Shown here: positions 44,201 through 53,476 of the stretch, one piece after another | Layout of the letters: each line of letters begins with the position of its first letter | Numbering within the stretch: the stretch's first letter is position 1 | Assembly: GCA_012728975.1 (NCBI GenBank) | Contig: JAAYDZ010000027.1 | Location: 81,553 to 145,552, forward strand | Source of the DNA: Bacteroidales bacterium | GTDB lineage: Bacteria; Bacteroidota; Bacteroidia; Bacteroidales; UBA932 | Length of the DNA: 64,000 nucleotides | Direction of reading: 5' to 3' | Position numbers and translations under genes: made by a program | Notes under the pieces: generated by a model | Databases searched by the model: none | Told to the model about the DNA's origin: nothing | What the model saw: only the letters and a program-made list of their open reading frames with translations

Positions 44201-45484
44201 ATGGATACTATTGCAATTATTATATCGGCGGTAGTGGTGCTGCTTACCGGTATTATCGTCTGGATGGTGGCCAGAAGACATTTTTCCTCAAAAATAACTG
44301 AAAAAGAACTGACTATAGTGGCTCTGCAAAAGGATCTCGAGCATACAAATGGACGTATAGCCGATATGGAACAGACTCACAATAAGTTCCTTGAACAGCT
44401 CGAAAAAAGCCACAAAGAGAGTCTTTCTCACCAGCTGGAGACTCTTAAGGCTCAGATGGTCGCACAAAATGAAGAGATATTAAAAGGACGCGAGGCTGAA
44501 TTTGACAGACATGCCAAAGCCTCATTTGACTCCATTGCCGAACAACTCAATAAAGAACTCAAGCGCATGACGGATTCCTTTGATGCAGAGAAACGCAACC
44601 GAACCGAGACATCCAGTACGCTTAGGACACAACTTGAAGAGGCAGTTAAGAATATTAAAGACCAGTCCCTAAATATCGGGGACAAAGCCGACCGGCTTGC
44701 AACTGCAATACGTGGGAACAACAAAATCCAGGGCTGTTGGGGCGAGACCCAGCTTGCCAACCTCCTGAATGCCGAAGGACTGATCGAGGGACGGGATTAC
44801 CATAGGGAAGAGACGCTGCGCGACGAATTGGGACTTGTGCAACTCCATGACGAATCAGGTCGCAGGATGCGTCCCGACTTTATTCTTCACTATCCCGATA
44901 AAACCGACGTGATAGTAGATTGCAAGGTTTCTCTTGCAGCACTTTCCGACTATACGGAAGCAACTGACGAAAAGGCGAGGGAAGATGCCTCCGTGCGAAA
45001 TCTTAAGGCGATCCTCAATCATATAAAAGAACTCTCCTCAAAAGACTATTCCTCTTATATTCCGAAGGATCGCAAAACCCTTGGTTATGTGATTATGTAT
45101 GTACCCAATGTCAACGCGATGATCCTGGCTCGTCAGAAATCCCCCCAGATAGTCAACGAGGCTTTCACTAAAAATGTCCTGATTACTACGGAGGAAACTT
45201 TTATGCCATTTCTAAGGCTTGTAAGGTCAGCCTGGATCAATGTCGAACAGGCACGAAATCACGCAAATATCGTAGATGCGGCACGCAGAATGCTGGAACG
45301 GGTTGCCGATTTTATAAAGTATCACGAAGAAATGGGCAAGGCACTAAAGAGTGCACAGGAAAAGTATGAATTATCGGACAAGAAGATAAAAGATGGGGGA
45401 CAGAGCATTGTCAAGGCAGCAAATGATGTTATCCGTTACGGAGTTACACCGGGCAAAAATAAATCCCTGCCCTTTGAGGATTGA
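44201..45484 (+). CDS. rmuC: DNA recombination protein RmuC
   Basis: 427 aa with an N-terminal TM segment, a long coiled coil, and the C-terminal RmuC nuclease-like region (QGCWGETQL...RPDFILHYPD...VIVDCKVSL). Confidence 0.85.
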   Translation: MDTIAIIISAVVVLLTGIIVWMVARRHFSSKITEKELTIVALQKDLEHTNGRIADMEQTHNKFLEQLEKSHKESLSHQLETLKAQMVAQNEEILKGREAEFDRHAKASFDSIAEQLNKELKRMTDSFDAEKRNRTETSSTLRTQLEEAVKNIKDQSLNIGDKADRLATAIRGNNKIQGCWGETQLANLLNAEGLIEGRDYHREETLRDELGLVQLHDESGRRMRPDFILHYPDKTDVIVDCKVSLAALSDYTEATDEKAREDASVRNLKAILNHIKELSSKDYSSYIPKDRKTLGYVIMYVPNVNAMILARQKSPQIVNEAFTKNVLITTEETFMPFLRLVRSAWINVEQARNHANIVDAARRMLERVADFIKYHEEMGKALKSAQEKYELSDKKIKDGGQSIVKAANDVIRYGVTPGKNKSLPFED

Positions 45485-45543
45485 TTAGATTTGAAGTGCT
45501 TCTAAAAAATGATACTTTCTCTTAATGGTTGAGATGGAGATAT

Positions 45544-46797
45544 TTATGGATACATTGGTTGATTTGGATAGAGGTACTTGTGAAAATCCATTATCATTCT
45601 TACAATCATCTTTTCGTGTGCTATATCCTCATGAATATATTCTACATCGGCATTTATCTCATTTAGATAAGAGTATAGCTTATCCCCACAAATGGAAGGA
45701 ACATACAGGTCTTTATGACAGTTGTATAAACGAACTTTGACGTCAGGTCGCCAATCATTGGGTATGGAGTGTTTTTTCAATGCCTCCATAACCAGTTGAC
45801 GGTATGGATTCTCTTTATTTTGTAAAAAATCCTCATCGTAATAGTCGTTAAGATCGGTGCCTATATAAGATGTAACATCCATAACAGCTCTGGATCCATC
45901 GCACAATCCGGGAAATTCCTCCAACAGTTTGCCCTTAAAAATCTTGGTGAAATCCAGATTTAAATTATCATAGTAGTTCAAAGACCAGAGTATAAAGGGG
46001 CCTGAGGCATATTCGGAATAACGGCTCTCAAATAAATCCTCCATGCAGAGGTCCGGGTAGTAAGGGCCTCCTCCGACAAAGATATCTTTCACACTAATAT
46101 TCGACTCTTTATGGATGGAGAGGTATCGGGCCAGCGACCAGGTAGCGGAACCACCGAGGGAATAGCCAAAAAGAATAATCCTTCCAGGCAGTTTGTAGTG
46201 ATAGCGATTATAGATAAACTCTCTGGCAGCCAGATAAAAATCTACTCCTATTTCAGCTAAATTTTCGTGTTGGATTATGGACATCGGCTGATTTGAATTG
46301 ATGCCCATGCCAATCCCATCCGGTATCAAACAGACATAATCACCCGCCACAGCTAATAGGGATTCCACACTATATCGATTATCGGTACCGCTTTCACCTT
46401 TGCTCTTGAAAAATGGGTAGACGAAGATTACGCCTTTAGGTAACCTGTTTTGCGGACAATATAGCAGCCCCGATGCTACGACAGACTCACCGAGGGGGTC
46501 TTTAGTATTATATGCAACACCATGTACGGTATAGTCCTTCGAAAGCGCAACATATAGGTTAAGTCTTTCCAGCAATTGTTGTGCTTGTATCTCGTTATAA
46601 CCCGCTTTTAACAACATTTCTTTAGGAGTGGCTCCAAACTCTCTGGAAGCCCTTTGCATAAGCTCTCCCATCCTTGTATTCTCTTCGAAGAGTTGATGGC
46701 TGTATTTAACATATTCAATTTCCTCAAAGACCGGCTCTCTCTCACAGCTTATAAGAGAGAAGGCTAAAATGAATATTGTTAAAAAAGAGTATCTCAT
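45544..46797 (-). CDS. secreted alpha/beta-hydrolase (lipase-like) lipoprotein
   Basis: The start is taken at the ATG (46795-46797), giving MRYSFLTIFILAFSLISC (a lipobox). The ORF-track start at 46833 is TTG. The nucleophile elbow is GYSLGG. Confidence 0.65.
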   Translation of the reverse strand: MRYSFLTIFILAFSLISCEREPVFEEIEYVKYSHQLFEENTRMGELMQRASREFGATPKEMLLKAGYNEIQAQQLLERLNLYVALSKDYTVHGVAYNTKDPLGESVVASGLLYCPQNRLPKGVIFVYPFFKSKGESGTDNRYSVESLLAVAGDYVCLIPDGIGMGINSNQPMSIIQHENLAEIGVDFYLAAREFIYNRYHYKLPGRIILFGYSLGGSATWSLARYLSIHKESNISVKDIFVGGGPYYPDLCMEDLFESRYSEYASGPFILWSLNYYDNLNLDFTKIFKGKLLEEFPGLCDGSRAVMDVTSYIGTDLNDYYDEDFLQNKENPYRQLVMEALKKHSIPNDWRPDVKVRLYNCHKDLYVPSICGDKLYSYLNEINADVEYIHEDIAHEKMIVRMIMDFHKYLYPNQPMYP

Positions 46798-46829
46798 CCC
46801 TGTAGAAACAAATATACTTTTATCACAAT

Positions 46830-47987
46830 TCAAAAATAATATTTTAAATGCAGTGTGCCTACTATCCCATCCATTGAATAAGATTGACCTAAAGTATAAT
46901 CAAATAGATTAACCATCAAAGATAGGTCAAAATTCTTAAAAACATGGTAGTTCATTTCTGCGCCAACATAAATTGCTTCCTGATCGTGGAAGTATGCTAT
47001 TAAGGAGCTTATTGAGCACAAGTTGGAAAAAGGATAATATAATTGTCCTGCAAAACTCCAGCGAGATGTAGTCAACTCTCTCACAGAGCCTTTCATGGGT
47101 AGATATGAAAAGAGAATATCCGATATGTCATATGGTTTATTTGTATATAAGACTTCAGTTTGTAAGATAAGGTTGTTTGAAAATATTTTATCAATACCCA
47201 AAGAAATCTGAACTACATCAGGCTTATCACTGACCTTTCGGTAATCGTGAAAATATGAACCCTCGAATCTGATATTAACATTTTTCAGTTCAGTAGTAAA
47301 GCCTCCTCCCGCAAAGAGATAATGGCCTTTATATACTCCTCCCAACAATTGATAATCTAATTTTCGGAAATTATTCCGGTGTAATAAAGCTGCGGTAGGG
47401 GACCCATCTCTGTCAGCGGATAAAGCAATTTCACTGGTAGCAACTTCGCTGTGATAAAATGTAGTACGTATAGCATCACAGCCCATTTTCTCAGGGTAAG
47501 TGAAACTAATAACAGGTGATGAGTCAAAGATATCATTTGGGTTCCACAATATTGTATTTCCCCAGTTAATCCTCTGCCGACCCAGAGTAATTTCAAATTC
47601 ATCAGTAGCCCACCGTAACGCAAGCCGGTCCAAAGCAACCCCTAACCATTTATCATCCTTGTCTACCATTGAATAGGATAGTTTCATCAGATTGTTATCG
47701 TCAGTTGAGGTCTCTTTGATCAGGTTTAGAATAGTACTGTTTCCAATAGAGAAATTCGTCCGGCTACTGATGTATATGTCAAAATTATTATTGATACTCC
47801 AATTAAAATTAAATCTTTGTGAGGTCATATTCTGCCATAAAGTCTCTTCAAAAGGATCAGGCCTGGTCTCGCCAAGCAGGGAGTAGTTGTTTATGTATCC
47901 CGTGAGGTTGACTTGAGCATTTGCACAGCAGAAACAGAGATGAAACAAGGAAAATGCTATGATAAACCTACCGAACATATGTTTCAT
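46830..47987 (-). CDS. hypothetical outer-membrane beta-barrel protein
   Basis: 385 aa with a signal peptide ending CCANAQ, alternating beta-strand patterns, and the C-terminal LHLKYYF aromatic beta-signal. Confidence 0.55.
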   Translation of the reverse strand: MKHMFGRFIIAFSLFHLCFCCANAQVNLTGYINNYSLLGETRPDPFEETLWQNMTSQRFNFNWSINNNFDIYISSRTNFSIGNSTILNLIKETSTDDNNLMKLSYSMVDKDDKWLGVALDRLALRWATDEFEITLGRQRINWGNTILWNPNDIFDSSPVISFTYPEKMGCDAIRTTFYHSEVATSEIALSADRDGSPTAALLHRNNFRKLDYQLLGGVYKGHYLFAGGGFTTELKNVNIRFEGSYFHDYRKVSDKPDVVQISLGIDKIFSNNLILQTEVLYTNKPYDISDILFSYLPMKGSVRELTTSRWSFAGQLYYPFSNLCSISSLIAYFHDQEAIYVGAEMNYHVFKNFDLSLMVNLFDYTLGQSYSMDGIVGTLHLKYYF

Positions 47988-48684
47988 CCTTTGTTATCCT
48001 ACCATCTTCAAGGGTGATAAGTCGTCTGGCCTTGTTCATCACACGTGGATCGTGAGTTGAAAAGAGGAAAGTGATCTTCTCCTTTTCGTTGAGTAAAAGC
48101 ATAGTGTTAAGCAATGTTTCCGCGGCCTCCGTGTCAAGGTTTGCTGTGGGTTCATCTGCAAGAATAAAGAGAGGTTTGGAGGCCAAAGCACGTGCTACGG
48201 CAACCCTTTGCTTTTGACCACCGGAAAGAGAGGATGGACGAGAGTGAGCACGATCTCTCATACCAATCACTTCAAGCAGTTCGGCTGTTCGCTCAATTCG
48301 TTGCTCTTTGTCTGCTCCCTGCAACTCCATAACAAATCCGATATTCTCTTCTACCGTCAACACAGGAATTAGATTGAGTAATTGGAAAACAAATCCAATA
48401 TTATGCAAACGAAAGTTTACCAGCTCTTTATCTGTAAGCTGATTTATATCCTTTCCCTTTACAAAAACTTTTCCTGAAGTGGGCGAGGTAAGTCCTCCGA
48501 TCAGGTTGAGAAGGGTGGTTTTTCCGGAGCCTGAAGGACCTACGACAGCAGTAAACTCTCCACTTGTAATAGTCAGGTTGACGCGATCCGTTGCTTTAAT
48601 CACCGACTTGCCGTCAAGAAACGACTTGGAAAGGTTCTCTGTTCTTACGATTATGGATTTATCATTATCTATTAACTCATTCAT
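47968..48684 (-). CDS. ABC transporter ATP-binding protein (LolD/MacB-type)
   Basis: 238 aa with Walker A GPSGSGKTT, the signature LSGGQKQR and Walker B FILADEPT. Confidence 0.9.
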   Translation of the reverse strand: MNELIDNDKSIIVRTENLSKSFLDGKSVIKATDRVNLTITSGEFTAVVGPSGSGKTTLLNLIGGLTSPTSGKVFVKGKDINQLTDKELVNFRLHNIGFVFQLLNLIPVLTVEENIGFVMELQGADKEQRIERTAELLEVIGMRDRAHSRPSSLSGGQKQRVAVARALASKPLFILADEPTANLDTEAAETLLNTMLLLNEKEKITFLFSTHDPRVMNKARRLITLEDGRITKDETYVR

Positions 48685-48697
48685 AACTATACTTTAT

Positions 48698-49876
48698 TTA
48701 CTTCAGAACCTTTTTAATAGGCGATATGGTTGTGAATATACCAATAGCTGACACCAATACAAAGATATGAACAAAATCTATTTTATCTATCATGGGATAA
48801 ACAACCGTACCAAAACCATATCCTGATTTACGATCAAATAAAAATGTGATATCTATACCCGATTTAGAAGAGATCGATACGGCAATCACACACAATAACA
48901 AACCTATCGAAGTAGCAATTAGTGTGGTAAAGAGTGTTTCTATGATAATCATGAGCCCAATGCGGTTTTCACTCATTCCAACTTTGTTCAGCATTCTAAA
49001 CTCACCTTTTCTCTCTAAAACCGACATCATCATAAAATTTGTTGTGCTAAGCCCTAATGCGATAAAGAAAAGTAGTAAAAAGAGAAAACTGGCTATCCCA
49101 TGCCAGGCATTCACTAACTGCATAAGGGGATATATTTCATCCCATTTTTTAATCTCGTATTCGGGCAATAGTTGGGATAACTTTTGCTTGACATTGTCAC
49201 ATTCCCGCAAATCGTTCACGACAATAGCAACTTCATGGACTGCTTCTCCAGGAATATTTAAATAAGGCATCAGGTCAGACTTTTGCACAAAAGCCGTTGT
49301 GTTGTCAAAACTTTTGCTATTAGTTTGAAACAATCCTCCTATCCTGAACATGACCCTTTGAATCTCTCCGGATGAGTCTTGTAGAGAGAGAATGATTCTC
49401 GACTTTATATCTACATTCAGCCTTTCAGCAGAACGTTTACTTATAATTATGGGTCTAACGATATCACTTTCGAAAAAGCTTCCATCGCCACTCTCAATAG
49501 TGCTGTAAACAGAAGAGACCTTCATTTCTTCCTCTCTATCGACTCCAATCAGGGTGAGCCCCACGCTTGTGTTAGCGGTAGATAAGAGCGCATTGGTTTT
49601 CAACCGATAAGAAGCATAATCTACTTCACCGACTGCATCCAAGGCCTGCTGAACCACGTTCTTATCCATAAACTCAGTCACCTCGTTTGCATTCGAAAAT
49701 TTATTCGCGTGAATTTGCAAATACGAGGTTTGCATATCAATAAATTCCCTGTAAACACCCTTCGACCAGCCATTGGCAATGGAAACAGCAAATGAAGCCG
49801 CAAAAACACCAATAGCAATAACAGTTACCAATAAGCTGCTACGGCCTTTCCTGCGGAAAATATTTCTAAATGCCAT
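48698..49876 (-). CDS. ABC transporter permease, FtsX/MacB-like
   Basis: The start is taken at MAFRNIFRRKGRSS (ATG 49874-49876), the canonical FtsX-family N-terminus. It has a large periplasmic loop and three C-terminal TM segments. Confidence 0.85.
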   Translation of the reverse strand: MAFRNIFRRKGRSSLLVTVIAIGVFAASFAVSIANGWSKGVYREFIDMQTSYLQIHANKFSNANEVTEFMDKNVVQQALDAVGEVDYASYRLKTNALLSTANTSVGLTLIGVDREEEMKVSSVYSTIESGDGSFFESDIVRPIIISKRSAERLNVDIKSRIILSLQDSSGEIQRVMFRIGGLFQTNSKSFDNTTAFVQKSDLMPYLNIPGEAVHEVAIVVNDLRECDNVKQKLSQLLPEYEIKKWDEIYPLMQLVNAWHGIASFLFLLLFFIALGLSTTNFMMMSVLERKGEFRMLNKVGMSENRIGLMIIIETLFTTLIATSIGLLLCVIAVSISSKSGIDITFLFDRKSGYGFGTVVYPMIDKIDFVHIFVLVSAIGIFTTISPIKKVLK

Positions 49877-49877
49877 T

Positions 49878-51122
49878 TTATAGATTATCTTCATTTGCAT
49901 CTCTTTTACTTAATCCCTCATCTACTTTTAAATGTTGTATAAAAGCAATCGGATATGTAGCGAATACCAGACATATACCCAGAACTATTAAAAATTGTTT
50001 TATAAACAGAGTGAAGTCCAATGACATATATAGTCCCGAATATATGGAGAATTGTTTCAATGTTGCGACTGCTTCACCGTAAAGTGGTATAGGATGAATA
50101 GTGAAATAGTGTACTATAGGCAGAGTTATGATAACAGCCAGAATCACACCCAGGAGAGCAACTATAATAAGCTCATAAAATAGGCTCTTACTAAGTTTAT
50201 TGCGTGACATTCCAATAGAAATCAAGACTGAAAATTCAAGTTTTCTCTCTTTTGTCATCATGATGATAGTGCCTAGAATATTTGAACCTACAAGTATGTA
50301 GAGAAAAAGCATAATAATGAATCCGATAGCATCGGCAAATCGAAAATAAAATAAGTACTCCTCTATGATCGACTTCCAATCCCTTATCTCATATTCTTCA
50401 GAAGAAAACTTGTTTTGAATTTGGGATTTTATAAGGTCCACTTTATCCAGCCTTTCTGACATTATATAGATTTCGCTATAGCAATCATCTGCCTGAAACA
50501 GTTCCTGTGCAGCAGATAGTGTTATGAATATAGTGCTTTTGTCAACCGTTGATACCGGTATCCTGGCAATACCTTGAATCGGAATTAATCCAACGGCACT
50601 GGAGCCATGATAACCCATACCCATTACTGCCAAAGTATCACCAACTCCCAGACCCAGCTGTTCTCTCATATTTTCGCCTAAGATTACTCCTTTATCACAT
50701 TTTGAAAACCATTCTCCTTCAACCATTTCAGAGACCGTTAGTATACGATCCTTTTCAGCTTCCGGATCTATACCAATAATAGCCACCGCTTTGGTTGAAG
50801 GCGATGATGAATGAGATATGAGCAGATAGGATTGAAGAACGGGCAAAACACTCTTCACATATGGGAGCATTGAGATAGAATCTAAAGTTGCCGAATCAAG
50901 ATACATGATGTCGTCAATAGAACGGGTTTTTGAGTAACTTTTGGATCTTATCTCAATATGTCCTCCGGATAATTTCAGAATACTATCGATAGAAGAGTTG
51001 AGTATTCCATTTTTCGTGGAGCCGAAAAGGATAGAAAAAAAAGCGGCTATAAATACGGAAAATATAGTTAACAGAGCACGAGAGGGATTCCTATGCAAAT
51101 TCAACCAGGCCAATTTCATCAT
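49878..51122 (-). CDS. ABC transporter permease, FtsX/MacB-like
   Basis: 414 aa with the N-terminus MMKLAWLNLHRNPSRALLT and the same topology as the neighbouring permease. Confidence 0.85.
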   Translation of the reverse strand: MMKLAWLNLHRNPSRALLTIFSVFIAAFFSILFGSTKNGILNSSIDSILKLSGGHIEIRSKSYSKTRSIDDIMYLDSATLDSISMLPYVKSVLPVLQSYLLISHSSSPSTKAVAIIGIDPEAEKDRILTVSEMVEGEWFSKCDKGVILGENMREQLGLGVGDTLAVMGMGYHGSSAVGLIPIQGIARIPVSTVDKSTIFITLSAAQELFQADDCYSEIYIMSERLDKVDLIKSQIQNKFSSEEYEIRDWKSIIEEYLFYFRFADAIGFIIMLFLYILVGSNILGTIIMMTKERKLEFSVLISIGMSRNKLSKSLFYELIIVALLGVILAVIITLPIVHYFTIHPIPLYGEAVATLKQFSIYSGLYMSLDFTLFIKQFLIVLGICLVFATYPIAFIQHLKVDEGLSKRDANEDNL

Positions 51123-51131
51123 AGAAAACTA

Positions 51132-51887
51132 TCAGTTTAGGCGTCTCATATTTTGCAGAGAGAAAAAACTCTCTTTGAAAGATGTGCTATAATCCCAGTC
51201 CAATATTGTAACAACAGTCTTATGTCCCTCTTTGTCAGCAGGAATGACCTCTAAATGAAGAGGTACATAATGTCCTTGTATTTTTTTTATATTGTCGGAA
51301 AAATATGTTCTGATCAAAACGTCATCTTCATCATAGTACTCAATCTTGCGTTCCACAAAACTTGTCTTGCTAATCCAAACAATTACCTTATCCCAGAGTG
51401 TGGTGCTTTCCGGATGTGGTATCAATACCAATTTATAACAGAGATCTCCTTCAACTTCCTCTTCTCCAGATAGTTCGTGGCTAAAATCGGATAAAAAAGA
51501 GGAGCTGTTCAACATATCATCGATCGTGAAATCGCTTCCCTGCCAGGAGGTGCCGGCAGCAGATGCTGCTATTTTTACTGTCCTTTCTATTACAGGCTGC
51601 CAACTCCACATATTATCGTCCCTTTTAAGAAATGCCTGACCTTTCTCTTTTGGCGGAGATACAATGAGTATTAAGCACATTTCCCTTGTTTTCAGCCAAG
51701 TTTTAATCCCAATGGAACGTTGCCAGGTAGGTCTGTAAATTGTCATGTCAGCCCTGGCTTGGAAATTGCCGAGAAAGCGGTTATTGTAGGCTTTTTCCAC
51801 AATCTTATAAGCGTTGGGCGACTGAGCTGAAACCGGCAGTATCCACAATAGCATCAGTGTTATTATGTGTATTACTCTCAAAATCAT
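51132..51887 (-). CDS. outer membrane lipoprotein-sorting (LolA-like) protein
   Basis: 251 aa with a signal peptide. Its size and its position in front of the FtsX-FtsX-ABC genes are typical of the LolA-like family in Bacteroidota. Confidence 0.6.
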   Translation of the reverse strand: MILRVIHIITLMLLWILPVSAQSPNAYKIVEKAYNNRFLGNFQARADMTIYRPTWQRSIGIKTWLKTREMCLILIVSPPKEKGQAFLKRDDNMWSWQPVIERTVKIAASAAGTSWQGSDFTIDDMLNSSSFLSDFSHELSGEEEVEGDLCYKLVLIPHPESTTLWDKVIVWISKTSFVERKIEYYDEDDVLIRTYFSDNIKKIQGHYVPLHLEVIPADKEGHKTVVTILDWDYSTSFKESFFSLQNMRRLN

Positions 51888-52051
51888 ATTATATCCGTAT
51901 GCTTGGGCCTTTAGTAAAAAAAATCATGTACTGCCGTAGTAAAATAATGGGTAATTGGTTAATTGGGAATATTGTCAGAACAACAACTCTCCCTATCGAT
52001 TGATAGAGAGAGTTAGTGTTATTCTTTAAACATCTATATTGCTTCCGGAAA

Positions 52052-52735
52052 TTAGAAATAGTACGCTGCTCCCAGCATTAGATTATTTCCATCAAGATCC
52101 AGACCAAATCGGGTAAGTTTGATGTCACCATCTGTGTTTCTGAAATGTTGGAATCCCGCAGAACCTATCTTTGCTAAAAGCTTTACACTATCGCTAATGG
52201 CAAAAGAAACACCAGGTCTCAGACAGAGTTCCATAGAGAGATAATTTGTATCGGATGATTTATCCATAATGAAATTAAAACCTGCAACTGCGTCAGCAAA
52301 AATTTCAAATCCTCCCTTTCGTACCACGGTGTAGCGAAGATATGGTGCCAGACGTATTGCATGGTAACCACCATCATCTGACTGGGTGTCCGCAGCTGTA
52401 CTAATAAGCGTACTTAACAAAGCTTTGTAATCTGCTATATCAAATGAACCAAGTGCAGCATATCCTTTGATATAACCGAAACTGGCTCCAACAGCTGTGC
52501 TGAGGGACAAATGATAACCTATTTCAGGAAGAATTTTAAAGGAAAAACCCTTATCAGCAGGTGAAGCTTCCGGATTATTATAATCTTCATAATCATCAAA
52601 CCCTCCCAGATCCGTCATTCCGCCGGCTCCTTTTAGGTTACTGTAAGAAAAACCAAAAGTGCCACCAGCATAGAATTGTGCGTATCCTTGAGCACAAACA
52701 AATACGAACACTAAAGCAATAAGTAATTTTTTCAT
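52052..52735 (-). CDS. outer membrane beta-barrel protein (porin/OmpW-like small barrel)
   Basis: 227 aa with a signal peptide ending GYAQ, Gly- and aromatic-rich alternating strands, and the C-terminal LGAAYYF. Confidence 0.65.
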   Translation of the reverse strand: MKKLLIALVFVFVCAQGYAQFYAGGTFGFSYSNLKGAGGMTDLGGFDDYEDYNNPEASPADKGFSFKILPEIGYHLSLSTAVGASFGYIKGYAALGSFDIADYKALLSTLISTAADTQSDDGGYHAIRLAPYLRYTVVRKGGFEIFADAVAGFNFIMDKSSDTNYLSMELCLRPGVSFAISDSVKLLAKIGSAGFQHFRNTDGDIKLTRFGLDLDGNNLMLGAAYYF

Positions 52736-52881
52736 AATAAGTTAGTTTTAATAAAGTTCAATTTTATTTGACAAATGTACAAAAAGTTAAACTATCCTGC
52801 AACATGTTTTTAAAATCATCGTCTAATAGTTGTGATATGTTATAAATTATTAAATAACTAATAATTCAATAAAAAAAGTCG

Positions 52882-53472
52882 ATGAACACAAGTGATAATT
52901 TTGTATTAAAAATGGGTATAATAGTCGTCCTGATAATCAATTCTTTTATCGGATGTGCCCAAAATGTAAATTTAACTACACTTACAACTTCCGAAAAGGA
53001 AGGAATCCTGTTAATGCGCGAAGAAGAGAAACTGGCTCATGATGTATATAGTTTTTTTGCGCAAAAATACAATATCCCAATTTTCAGGAATATCACAAAT
53101 AGTGAAGTAGAGCATCAAAAATTGGTGATTCAGCTGATGGATCAGTATGGGATTAAGGACTCTTCGTATGAAGAAGAGAGTAAATTTCATAATAAGGAGC
53201 TACAGGAACTGTATGATCAGTTGACAGTACAAGGGAATACTCTAATTGATGCATTAAAAATAGGTGCTTACATTGAAGAGCTGGATATTCATGATTTAAA
53301 ACAATTGATGAAAGAGACGGACAATGAAGTTATTTTAGGGACTTACGACCCTTTGTTGTGGGGATCGCAAAATCATTTGCGGGCCTTTGTCCGTAATCTT
53401 ACAAACAGAGGTGTGGAATATCAGCCGGTCTTTTTATCAGCAGAGGAGTTTTACTCTATATTGAACAAATAG
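52882..53472 (+). CDS. DUF2202 (ferritin-like) domain protein
   Basis: 196 aa. LMREEEKLAHDVYSFFAQKYNIPIFRNITNSEVEHQ is the typical DUF2202 signature. Confidence 0.75.
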   Translation: MNTSDNFVLKMGIIVVLIINSFIGCAQNVNLTTLTTSEKEGILLMREEEKLAHDVYSFFAQKYNIPIFRNITNSEVEHQKLVIQLMDQYGIKDSSYEEESKFHNKELQELYDQLTVQGNTLIDALKIGAYIEELDIHDLKQLMKETDNEVILGTYDPLLWGSQNHLRAFVRNLTNRGVEYQPVFLSAEEFYSILNK

Positions 53473-53476
53473 CTAT

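Noticed and set aside
51985-52014. 13-bp imperfect hairpin (aactctccctatc / gatagagagagtt) downstream of the 52052 barrel gene, as a possible terminator.
   Set aside because: There is no U-tract on the transcribed (minus) strand and the stem has one mismatch. It could be a U-less terminator, but the evidence is insufficient.
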